Part shown: piece after piece, positions 39,001-51,800 of the stretch
How positions within the stretch are numbered: the first letter of the stretch is position 1
How the letters are laid out: each line of letters starts with the position of its first letter
DNA from: Eledone cirrhosa
Taxonomy: Eukaryota
DNA length: 64,000 nucleotides
Direction of reading: 5' to 3'
Assembly (NCBI GenBank): GCA_964016885.1
Contig: OZ024740.1
Location: 16,430,001 to 16,494,000, forward strand
Notes under the pieces: model-generated
What the model was told of the DNA's origin: nothing
Databases searched by the model: none
What the model saw: the letters and a program-made list of their open reading frames with translations, nothing else
Translations under genes and position numbers: made by a program

Positions 39001-40817
39001 CAGTCTAAATATGGTGGCTTCTAGACAAAGTTTTACAGGGAGACATCAGTGTAAATATGGTGGCTTCTAGACAGAGCTTTACAGGGAGACATCAGTGTAA
39101 ATATGGTGGCTTCTAGACAGAGCTTTACAGGGAGACATCAGTGTAGAAATGGTTGCTTCTGGACAGAGGTTTACTGGGAGACATCAGTGTAAATATGGTG
39201 GCTTCTGGACAGAGGTTTACAGGGAGACATCAGTGTAAATATGGTGGCTTCTGGACAGAGCTTTACAGGGAGATATCAGTGTAAATATGGTGGCTTTTGG
39301 ACAGAGGTTTACAGGGAGACATCAGTGTAAATATGGTGGCTTCTGGACAGAGGTTTACAGGGAGATATCAATGTAAATATGGTGGCTTATGGACAGAGGT
39401 TTACAGGGAGACATCAGTGTAAATATGGTGGCTTCTAGACAGAGGTTTACAGGGAGACATCAGAGTAAATATGGTGACTTCTAGACAGAGCTTTACAGGG
39501 AGATATCAGAGCAAATATGGTGGCTTCTAAACAAAGCTTTACAGGCAGACATCAGTGTAAATATGGTGGCTTCTAGACAGGTTTACTGGGAGACATCAGT
39601 GTAAATATCGTGGCTTCTAGACAGAGCTTTACAGGGAGACATCAGTCTAAATATCGTGGCTTCTGGACAAAGCTTTGCAGGGAGACATCAGTGTAAATAT
39701 GGTGGCTTCTGGACAGAGATTTACAGGGAGACATCAGTGTAAATATTGTAGCTTCTAGACGGAGGTTTACAGGGAGACATCAGAGTAAATATGGTGCCTT
39801 CTGGATAGAGGTTTACAGGGAGACATTAGTGTAAATATGGTGGCTTCTGGACAGAGGTTTATAGGGAGATATCAGTGTTAACATGGTGGCTTCTGGAGAG
39901 AGGTTTACAGGGAGACATCAGTGTAAATGTGGTGGCATCTGGACAGAGGTTTACAATGAGACATCAGTGTAAATATGGTGTCTTCTGGACAGAGCTTTAC
40001 AGGGAGACATTAGTGTAAATATGGTGGCTTCTAGACAGAGCTTTACAGGGAGATATCAGAGTGAATATGGTGGCTTCTGGACAGAGGTTTACAGGGAGAC
40101 ATTAGTGTAAATATGGTGGCTTCTGGACAGAGGTTTATAGGGAGATATCAGTGTTAATATGGTGGCTTCTGGACAGAGGTTTACAGGGAGACATCAGTGT
40201 AAATGTGGTAGCATCTGGACAGAGGTTTGCAGGGAGACATCAGTGTAAATATGGTGGCTTCTAGACAGAGCTTTACAGGGAGACATCAGTGTAAAAATGG
40301 GTGCTTCTGGACAGAGGTTTACAGGGAGACATCAGTGTAAATATGGTGGCTTCTAGTCAGAGCTTTACAGGGAGATATCAGAGTAAATATGGTGGCTTCT
40401 AGACAAAGCTTTACAGGAAGACATCAGTGTAAATATGGTGGCTTCTAGACAGAGGTTTACTGGGAGACATCAGTCTAAATATGGTGGCTTCTAGACAAAG
40501 TTTTACAGGGAGACATCAGTGTAAATATGGTGGCTTCTAGACAGAGCTTTACAGGGAGACATCAGTGTAAATATGGTGGCTTCTAGACAGAGCTTTACAG
40601 GGAGACATCAGTGTAGAAATGGTTGCTTCTGGACAGAGGTTTACTGGGAGACATCAGTGTAAATATGGTGGCTTCTGGACAGAGGTTTACAGGGAGACAT
40701 CAGTGTAAATATGGTGGCTTCTGGACAGAGCTTTACAGGGAGATATCAGTGTAAATATGGTGGCTTTTGGACAGAGGTTTACAGGGAGACATCAGTGTAA
40801 ATATGGTGGCTTCTGGA
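31398..40817. repeat. Near-perfect tandem duplication of 102 monomers (4686 bp)
   Basis: CTGGAGAG at 31441/36127, ATCATTGT at 33715/38401 and ATGGGTGC at 35611/40297 all have offset 4686 = 102x46 - 6 (three 44-bp monomers). Confidence 0.92.
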
Positions 40818-41570
40818 CAGAGGTTTACAGGGAGATATCAATGTAAATATGGTGGCTTATGGACAGAGGTTTACAGGGAGACATCAGTGTAAATATGGTG
40901 GCTTCTAGACAGATGTTTACAGGGAGACATCAGAGTAAATATGGTGACTTCTAGACAGAGCTTTACAGGGAGATATCAGAGCAAATATGGTGGCTTCTAA
41001 ACAAAGCTTTACAGGCAGACATCAGTGTAAATATGGTGGCTTCTAGACAGGTTTACTGGGAGACATCAGTGTAAATATCGTGGCTTCTAGACAGAGCTTT
41101 ACAGGGAGACATCAGTCTAAATATCGTGGCTTCTGGACAAAGCTTTGCAGGGAGACATCAGTGTAAATATGGTGGCTTCTGGACAGAGATTTACAGGGAG
41201 ACATCAGTGTAAATATTGTGGCTTCTAGACGGAGGTTTACAGGGAGACATCAGAGTAAATATGGTGCCTTCTGGATAGAGGTTTACAGGGAGACATTAGT
41301 GTAAATATGGTGGCTTCTGGACAGAGGTTTATAGGGAGATATCAGTGTTAACATGGTGGCTTCTGGAGAGAGGTTTACAGGGAGACATCAGTGTAAATGT
41401 GGTGGCATCTGGACAGAGGTTTACAATGAGACATCAGTGTAAATATGGTGTCTTCTGGACAGAGCTTTACAGGGAGACATTAGTGTAAATATGGTGGCTT
41501 CTAGACAGAGCTTTACAGGGAGATATCAGAGTGAATATGGTGGCTTCTGGACAGAGGTTTACAGGGAGAT
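38590..41570. repeat. Tandem duplication of 32 monomers (1470 bp)
   Basis: GCAAATATGG at 39511/40981 and TAGTCAG at 38884/40354 have offset 1470 = 32x46 - 2. A truncated version lies at ~33900-36130 (34198/35668). Confidence 0.88.
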
Positions 41571-44500
41571 ATCAGTGTAAATATGGTGGCTTCTGGACAG
41601 AGCTTTACAGGGAGACATCAGTGTAAATATGGTGGCTTCTAGACAGAGGTTTACAGGGAGACATTAGTGTAAATATGGTGGCTTCTAGACAGAGCTTTAC
41701 AGGGAGATATAAGTGTAAATATGGTGGCTTCTAGACGGAGGTTTACAGGGAGATATCAGTGTAAATATGGTGACTTCTGGACAGAGCTTTACAGGGAGAT
41801 ATCAGAGTAAATATGGTGGCTACTGGACAGAGCTTTACAGGGAGACATCAGTGTAAATATAGTGGCTTCTGGAGAGAGGATTACAGGGAGACATCAGTGT
41901 AAATATGGTGGCTTCTAGACAGAGATTTACAGGGACACATCAGAGTAAATATGGTGGCTTCTAGATAGAGGTTTACAGGGAGACAACAGTGTAAATATGG
42001 TGGCTTCTAGACAGAGATTTACAGGGAGACATCTGTGTAAATAGGGTGGCTTCTGGACAGAGGTTTACAGGGAGATATCAGTTTAAATATGGTGGCTTCT
42101 AGACAGAGGTTTACAGGGAGACATCAGTGTAAATATGGTGGCTTCTAGACAGAGCTTTACAGGGAGATATCAGAGTAAATATGGTGGCTTCTAGACAAAG
42201 CATTACAGGGAGACATCAGTGTAAATATGGTGGCTTCTAGACAGAGGTTTACTAGGAAACATCAGTGTAAATATGGTGGCTTCTAGACAAAGCTTTACAG
42301 GGAGACATCAGTGTAAATATGGTGGCTTCTAGACAGAGCTTTACAGGGAGACATCAGTGTAAATATGGTGGCTTCTGGACAGAGGTTTACAGGGAGATAT
42401 CAGTGTAAATATGGTGGCTTCTAGACAGAGCTTTGCTGGGAAAAATCAGTGTAAATATGGTGGCTTTTGGACAGAGGTTTACAGGGAGACATCAGAGTAA
42501 ATATGGTGGCTTCTAGACGGAGGTTTACAGGGAGACATCAGTGTAAATATGGTGGCTTCTGGATAGTGGTTTACAGGGAGACATCAGTGTAAATATGGTG
42601 GCTTCTGGACAGAGGTTTACAGGGAGACATTAGTGTAAATATGGTGGCTTCTAGACAGAGGTTTACTAGGAAACGTCAGTGTAAATATGGTGGCTTCTAG
42701 ACAAAGCTTTACAGGGAGACATCAGTGTAAATATGGTGGCTTCTAGACAGAGGTATACTGGGAGACATCAGTGTAAATATGGTGGCTTCTAGACAAAGTT
42801 TTACAGGGAGACATCAGTGTAAATATGGTGGCTTCTAGACAGAGCTTTACAGGGAGACATCAGTGTAAATATGATGGCTTCTAGACAGAGCTTTACAGGG
42901 AGACATCAGTGTAAAAATAGTTGCTTCTGGACGGAGCTTTACAGGGAGACAACAGTGTAAATATGGTGGCTTCTAGACAGAGCTTTACAGGGAGACATCA
43001 GTGTAAAAATGGTTGCTTCTGGACAGAAGTTTACAGGGAGACATCATTGTAAATATGGTGGCTACTGGACAGATGTTTACAGGGAGACATCAGTGTAAAT
43101 ATATTGGCTTCTAGACAGAGGTTTACAGGGAGACATCAGTGTAAATATGGTGGCTTCTGGATAGAGTTTTACAGGGAGACATCAGTGTAAATATGGTGGC
43201 AGCTGGACAGAGGTTTACAGGGACACATCAGTGTAAATATGGTGGCTTCTGGACAGAGCTTTACAGGGAGACATCAGTGGTGTAAATATGGTGGCTTCTG
43301 GACAGAGATTTACAGGGAGACATCAGTGTAAATATGGTGGCATCTGGACAAAGGTTTACAGGGACACATCAGTGTAAATATGGTGGCTTCTAGACAGAGC
43401 TTTACAGGGAGATATCAGAGTAAATATGGTGGCTTCTAGACAGAGCTTTACAGGGAGATATCAGAGTAAATATGGTGGCTTCTAGACAAAGCTTTACAGG
43501 GAGACATCAGTGTAAATATGGTGGCTTCTAGACAGGTTTACTGGGAGACATCAGTGTAAATATCTTGGCTTCTAGACAAAGCTTTACAGGGAGACATCAG
43601 TGTAAATATGGTGGCTTCTAGACAGAGCTTTACAGGGAGACATCAGTGTAAATATGGTGGCTTCTAGACAAAGCTTTACAGGGAGACATCAGTGTAAATA
43701 TTGTGGCTTCTAGACAAAGCTTTACAGGAAGACATCAGTGTAAATATGGTGGCATCTGGACAAAGGTTTACAGGGACACATCAGTGTAAATATGGTGGCT
43801 TCTGGACAGATGTTTACAGGGAGACATCAGTGTAAATATATTGGCTTCTAGACAGAGGTTTACAGGGAGACATCAGTGTAAATATGGTGGCTTCTGGATA
43901 GAGGTTTACAGGGAGACATCAGTGTAAATATGGTGGCTTCTGGACAGAGGTTTACAGGGAGACATCAGTGTAAATATGGTGGCAGCTGGACAGAGGTTTA
44001 CAGGGACACATCAGTGTAAATATGGTGGCTTCTGGACAGAGCTTTACAGGGAGACATCAGTGGTGTAAATATGGTGGCTTCTGGACAGAGATTTACAGGG
44101 AGACATTAGTGTAAATATGGTGGCTTCTAGACAGAGCTTTACAGGGAGATATCAGAATGAATATGGTGGCTTCTGGACAGAAGTTTACAGGGAGATATCA
44201 GTGTAAATATGGTGGCTTCTAGACAGAGCTTTACAGGGAGATATCAGTGTAAATATGGTGGCTTCTAGACGGAGGTTTACAGGGAGATATCAGTGTAAAT
44301 ATGGTGTCTTCTGGACAGAGATTTACAGGGAGATATCAGAGTAAATATGGTGGCTTCTGGACAGAGCTTTACAGGGAGACATCAGTGTAAATATAGTGGC
44401 TTCTGGAGAGAGGATTTCAGGGAGACATCAGTGTAAATATGGTGGCTTCTAGACAGAGATTTACAGGGACACATCAGAGTAAATATGGTGGCTTCTGGAC

Positions 44501-47500
44501 AGAGGTTTACAGGGAGATATCAGTGTAAATATGGTGGCTTCTAGACAGAGGTTTACAGGGAGACATCAGTGTAAATATGGTGGCTTCTAGACAGAGCTTT
44601 ACAGGGAGATATCAGAGTAAATATGGTGGCTTCTAGACAAAGCATTACAGGGAGACATCAGTGTAAATATGGTGGCTTCTAGACAAGGCTTTACAGGGAG
44701 ACATCAGTGTAAATATGGTGGCTTCTTGACAGAGCTTTACAGGGAGACATCAGTGTAAATATAGTGGCTTCTGGAGAGAGGATTACAGGGAGACATCAGT
44801 GTAAATATGGTGGCTTCTAGACAGAGATTTACAGGGACACATCAGAGTAAATATGGTGGCTTCTGGACAGAGGTTTACAGGGAGATATCAGTGTAAATAT
44901 GGTGGCTTCTAGACAGAGGTTTACAGGGAGACATCAGTGTAAATATGGTGGCTTCTAGACAGAGCTTTACAGGGAGATATCAGAGTAAATATGGTGGCTT
45001 CTAGACAAAGCATTACAGGGAGACATCAGTGTAAATATGGTGGCTTCTAGACAGAGGTTTACTGGGAAACATCAGTGTAAATATAGTGGCTTCTAGACAA
45101 AGCTTTACAGGGAGACATCAGTGTAAATATGGTGGCTTCTAGACAGAGCTTTACAGGGAGACATCAGTGTAAATATGGTGGCTTCTGGACAGAGGTTTAC
45201 AGGGAGATATCAGTGTAAATATGGTGGCTTCTGGACAGAGGTTTACAGGGAGACATTAGTGTAAATATGGTGGCTTCTGGACAGAGGTTTATAGGGAGAT
45301 ATCAGTGTTAATATGGAGGCTTCTGGACAGAGGTTTACAGGGAGACATCAGTGTAAATGTGGTGGCATCTGGACAGAGGTTTACAGGGAGACATCAGTGT
45401 AACTATGGTGTCTTCTGGACAGAGCTTTACAAGGTGATATCAGAGTAAATATGGTGGCTTCTAGACAAAGCTTTACAGGGAGACATCAGTGTAAATATGG
45501 TGGCTTCTAGACAGAGGTTTACTGGGAGACATCAGTGTAAATATGGTGGCTTCTAGACAAAGTTTTACAGGGAGACATCAGTGTAAATATGGTGGCTTCT
45601 AGACAGAGCTTTACAGGGATACATTAGTGTAAATATGGTGGCTTCTAGTCAGAGCTTTACAGGGAGATATCAGAGTAAATATGGTGGCTTCTAGACAAAG
45701 CTTTACAGTGAGACATCAGTGTAAATATGGTGGCTTCTCGACAGAGGTTTACTGGGAGACATCAGTGTAAATATGGTGGCTTCTAGACAAAGTTTTACAG
45801 GGAGACATCAGTGTAAATATGGTGGCTTCTAGACAGAGCTTTACAGGGAGACAACAGTGTAAATATGGTGGCTTCTAGACAGAGCTTTACAGGGAGACAT
45901 CAGTGTAAAAATGGTTGCTTCTGGACAGAAGTTTACAGGGAGACATCATTGTAAATATGGTGGCTTCTGGACAGATGTTTACAGGGAGACATCAGTGTAA
46001 ATATATTGGCTTCTAGACAGAGGTTTACAGGGAGACATCAGTGTAAATATGGTGGCTTCTGGATAGAGGTTTACAGGGAGACATCAGTGTAAATATGGTG
46101 GCTTCTGGACAGAGGTTTACAGGGAGACATCCGTGTAAATATGGTGGCAGCTGGACAGAGGTTTACAGGGACACATCAGTGTAAATATGGTGGCTTCTGG
46201 ACAGAGCTTTACAGGGAGACATCAGTGGTGTAAATATGGTGGCTTCTGGACAGAGATTTACAGGGAGACATCAGTGTAAATATGGTGGCATCTGGACAAA
46301 GGTTTACAGGGACACATCAGTGTAAATATGGTGGCTTCTAGACAGAGCTTTACAGGGAGATATCAGAGTAAATATGGTGGCTTCTAGACAGAGCTTTACA
46401 GGGAGATATCAGAGTAAATATGGTGGCTTCTAGACAAAGCTTTACAGGGAGACATCAGTGTAAATATGGTGGCTTCTAGACAAAGCTTTACAGGGAGACA
46501 TCAGTGTAAATATGGTGGCTTCTAGACAAAGCTTTACAGGAAGACATCAGTGTAAATATGGTGGCATCTGGACAAAGGTTTACAGGGACACATCAGTGTA
46601 AATATGGTGGCTTCTGGACAGATGTTTACAGGGAGACATCAGTGTAAATATATTGGCTTCTAGACAGAGGTTTACAGGGAGACATCAGTGTAAATATGGT
46701 GCCTTCTGGATAGAGGTTTACAGGGAGACATCAGTGTAAATATGGTGGCTTCTGGACAGAGGTTTACAGGGAGACATCAGTGTAAATATGGTGGCAGCTG
46801 GACAGAGGTTTACAGGGACACATCAGTGTAAATATGGTGGCTTCTGGACAGAGCTTTACAGGGAGACATCAGTCGTGTAAATATGGTGGCTTCTGGACAG
46901 AGATTTACAGGGAGACATTAGTGTAAATATGGTGGCTTCTAGACAGAGCTTTACAGGGAGATATCAGAGTGAATATGGTGGCTTCTGGACAGATGTTTAC
47001 AGGGAGATATCAGTGTAAATATGGTGGCTTCTGGACAGAGGTCTACAGGGAGACATCAGTGTAAATATGGTGGCATCTGGACAGAGGTTTACAGGGAGAC
47101 ATCAGTGTAAATATGGTGGGCCTAGACAGGTTTACAAGGAGATATCTGTGTAAATATGGTGGCTTCTGGACAGATGTTTACAGGGAGACATCAGTGTAAA
47201 TATGGTGGCTTCTAGACAGAGCTTTACAGGGAGACATCAGTGTAAATATGGTTGCTTCTAGACAGAGGTTTACAGGGAGACATCAGCGTACATATGGTGG
47301 CTTCTGGACAGAGGTTTACAGGGAGATATCAGAGTAAATATGGTGGCTTCTGGACAGAGGTTTACAGGGAGACATCAGTGTAAATGTGGTGGCATCTGGA
47401 CAGAGGTTTACAATGAGACATCAGTGTAAATATGGTGTCTTCTGGACAGAGCTTTACAGGGAGACATTAGTGTAAATATGGTGGCTTCTAGACAGAGCTT

Positions 47501-48849
47501 TACAGGGAGATATCAGAGTGAATATGGTGGCTTCTGGAGAGAGGTTTACAGGGAGATATCAGTGTAAATATGGTGGCTTCTGGACAGAGCTTTACAGGGA
47601 GACATCAGTGTAAATATGGTGGCTTCTAGACAGAGGTTTACAGGGAGACATCAGTGTAAATATGGTGGCTTCTAGACAGAGCTTTACAGGGAGATATCAG
47701 TGTAAATATGGTGGCTTCTAGACGGAGGTTTACAGGGAGATATCAGTGTAAATATGGTGTCTTCTGGACAGAGCTTTACAGGGAGATATCAGAGTAAATA
47801 TGGTGGCTTCTGGACAGAGCTTTACAGGGAGACATCAGTGTAAATATAGTGGCTTCTGGAGAGAGGATTACAGGGAGACATCAGTGTAAATATGGTGGCT
47901 TCTAGACAGAGATTTACAGGGACACATCAGAGTAAATATGGTGGCTTCTAGATAGAGGTTTACAGGGAGACAACAGTGTAAATATGGTGGCTTCTAGACA
48001 GAGATTTACAGGGAGACATCTGTGTAAATATGGTGGCTTCTGGACAGAGGTTTACAGGGAGATATCAGTTTAAATATGGTGGCTTCTAGACAGAGGTTTA
48101 CAGGGAGACATCAGTGTAAATATGGTGGCTTCTAGACAGAGCTTTACAGGGAGATATCAGAGTAAATATGGTGGCTTCTAGACAAAGCATTACAGGGAGA
48201 CATCAGTGTAAATATGGTGGCTTCTAGACAGAGGTTTACTAGGAAACATCAGTGTAAATATGGTGGCTTCTAGACAAAGCTTTACAGGGAGACATCAGTG
48301 TAAATATGGTGGCTTCTAGACAGAGCTTTACAGGGAGACATCAGTGTAAATATGGTGGCTTCTGGACAGAGGTTTACAGGGAGATATCAGTGTAAATATG
48401 GTGGCTTCTAGACAGAGCTTTGCAGGGAAAAATCAGTGTAAATATGGTGGCTTTTGGACAGAGGTTTACAGGGAGACATCAGAGTAAATATGGTGGCTTC
48501 TAGACGGAGGTTTACAGGGAGACATCAGTGTAAATATGGTGGCTTCTGGATAGAGGTTTACAGGGAGACATCAGTGTAAATATGGTGGCTTCTGGACAGA
48601 GGTTTACAGGGAGACATTAGTGTAAATATGGTGGCTTCTAGACAGAGGTTTACTAGGAAACATCAGTGTAAATATGGTGGCTTTTGGACAGAGGTTTACA
48701 GGGAGACATCAGAGTAAATATGGTGGCTTCTAGACGGAGGTTTACAGGGAGACATCAGTGTAAATATGGTGGCTTCTGGATAGAGGTTTACAGGGAGACA
48801 TCAGTGTAAATATGGTGGCTTCTGGACAGAGGTTTACAGGGAGACATTA

Positions 48850-51800
48850 GTGTAAATATGGTGGCTTCTGGACAGAGGTTTATAGGGAGATATCAGTGTT
48901 AATATGGTGGCTTCTGGACAGAGGTTTACAGGGAGACATCAGTGTAAATGTGGTGGCATCTGGACAGAGGTTTACAGGGAGACATCAGTGTAAATATGGT
49001 GTCTTCTGGACAGAGCTTTACAGGTTGATATCAGAGTAAATATGGTGGCTTCTAGACAAAGCTTTACAGGGAGACATCAGTGTATATATGGTGGCTTCTA
49101 GACAGAGGTTTACTGGGAGACATCAGTGTAAATATGCTGGCTTCTAGACAAAGTTTTACAGGGAGACATCAGTGTAAATATGGTGGCTTCTAGACAGAGC
49201 TTTACAGGGAGACATTAGTGTAAATATGGTGGCTTCTAGTCAGAGCTTTACGGGGAGATATCAGAGTAAATATGGTGGCTTCTAGACAAAGCTTTACAGG
49301 GAGACATCAGTGTAAATATGGTGGCTTCTAGACAGAGGTATACTGGGAGACATCAGTGTAAATATGGTGGCTTCTAGACAAAGTTTTACAGGGAGACATC
49401 AGTGTAAATATGGTGGCTTCTAGACAGAGCTTTACAGGGAGACATCAGTGTAAATATGATGGCTTCTAGACAGAGCTTTACAGGGAGACATCAGTGTAAA
49501 AATAGTTGCTTCTGGACGGAGCTTTACAGGGAGACAACAGTGTAAATATGGTGGCTTCTAGACAGAGCTTTACAGGGAGACATCAGTGTAAAAATGGTTG
49601 CTTCTGGACAGAAGTTTACAGGGAGACATCATTGTAAATATGGTGGCTTCTGGACAGATGTTTACAGGGAGACATCAGTGTAAATATATTGGCTTCTAGA
49701 CAGAGGTTTACAGGGAGACATCAGTGTAAATATAGTGGCTTCTGGAGAGAGGATTACAGGGAGACATCAGTGTAAATATGGTGGCTTCTAGACAGAGATT
49801 TACAGGGACACATCAGAGTAAATATGGTGGCTTCTAGATAGAGGTTTACAGGGAGACAACAGTGTAAATATGGTGGCTTCTAGACAGAGATTTACAGGGA
49901 GACATCTGTGTAAATATGGTGGCTTCTGGACAGAGGTTTACAGGGAGATATCAGTTTAAATATGGTGGCTTCTAGACAGAGGTTTACAGGGAGACATCAG
50001 TGTAAATATGGGGGCTTCTAGACAGAGCTTTACAGGGAGATATCAGAGTAAATATGGTGGCTTCTAGACAAAGCATTACAGGGAGACATCAGTGTAAATA
50101 TGGTGGCTTCTAGACAGAGGTTTACTAGGAAACATCAGTGTAAATATGGTGGCTTCTAGACAAAGCTTTACAGGGAGACATCAGTGTAAATATGGTGGCT
50201 TCTAGACAGAGTTTTACAGGGAGACATCAGTGTAAATATGGTGGCTTCTGGACAGAGGTTTACAGGGAGATATCAGTGTAAATATGGTGGCTTCTAGACA
50301 GAGCTTTGCAGGGAAAAATCAGTGTAAATATGGTGGCTTTTGGACAGAGGTTTACAGGGAGACATCAGAGTAAATATGGTGGCTTCTAGACGGAGGTTTA
50401 CAGGGAGACATCAGTGTAAATATGGTGGCTTCTGGATAGAGGTTTACAGGGAGACATCAGTGTAAATATGGTGGCTTCTGGACAGAGGTTTACAGGGAGA
50501 CATTAGTGTAAATATGGTGGCTTCTAGACAGAGGTTTACTAGGAAACATCAGTGTAAATATGGTGGCTTCTAGACAAAGCTTTACAGGGAGACATCAGTG
50601 TAAATATGGTGGCTTCTAGACAGAGCTTTACAGGGAGACATCAGTGTAAATATGGTGGCTTCTGGACAGAGGTTTACAGGGAGATATCAGTGTAAATATG
50701 GTGGCTTCTAGACAGAGCTTTGCAGGGAGAAATCAGTGTAAATATGGTGGCTTTTGGACAGAGGTTTACAGGGAGACATCAGAGTAAATATGGTGTCTTC
50801 TAGACGGAAGTTTACAGGGAGACATCAGTGTAAATATGGTGGCTTCTGGATAGAGGTTTACAGGGAGACATCAGTGTAAATATGGTGGCTTCTGGACAGA
50901 GGTTTACAAGGAGACATTAGTGTAAATATGGTGGCTTCTGGACAGAGGTTTATAGGGAGATATCAGTGTTAATATGGTGGCTTCTGGACAGAGGTTTACA
51001 GGGAGACATCAGTGTAAATGTGGTGGCATCTGGACAGAGGTTTGCAGGGAGACATCAGTGTAAATATGGTGTCTTCTGGACAGAGCTTTACAGGTTGATA
51101 TCAGAGTAAATATGGTGGCTTCTAGACAAAGCTTTACAGGGAGACATCAGTGTAAATATGGTGGCTTCTAGACAGAGGTTTACTGGGAGACATCAGTGTA
51201 AATATGGTGGCTTCTAGACAAAGTTTTACAGGGAGACATCAGTGTAAATATGGTGGCTTCTAGACAGAGCTTTACAGGGAGACATTAGTGTAAATATGGT
51301 GGCTTCTAGTCAGAGCTTTACAGGGAGATATCCGAGTAAATATGGTGGCTTCTAGACAAAGCTTTACAGGGAGACATCAGTGTAAATATGGTGGCTTCTA
51401 GACAGAGGTATACTGGGAGACATCAGTGTAAATATGGTGGCTTCTAGACAAAGTTTTACAGGGAGACATCAGTGTAAATATGGTGGCTTCTAGACAGAGC
51501 TTTACAGGGAGACATCAGTGTAAATATGATGGCTTCTAGACAGAGCTTTACAGGGAGACATCAGTGTAAAAATAGTTGCTTCTGGACGGAGCTTTACAGG
51601 GAGACAACAGTGTAAATATGGTGGCTTCTAGACAGAGTTTTACAGGGAGACATCAGTGTAAAAAATAGTTGCTTCTGGACAGAAGTTTACAGGGAGACAT
51701 CATTGTAAATATGGTGGCTTCTGGACAGATGTTTACAGGGAGACATCAGTGTAAATATATTGGCTTCTAGACAGAGGTTTACAGGGAGACATCAGTGTAA

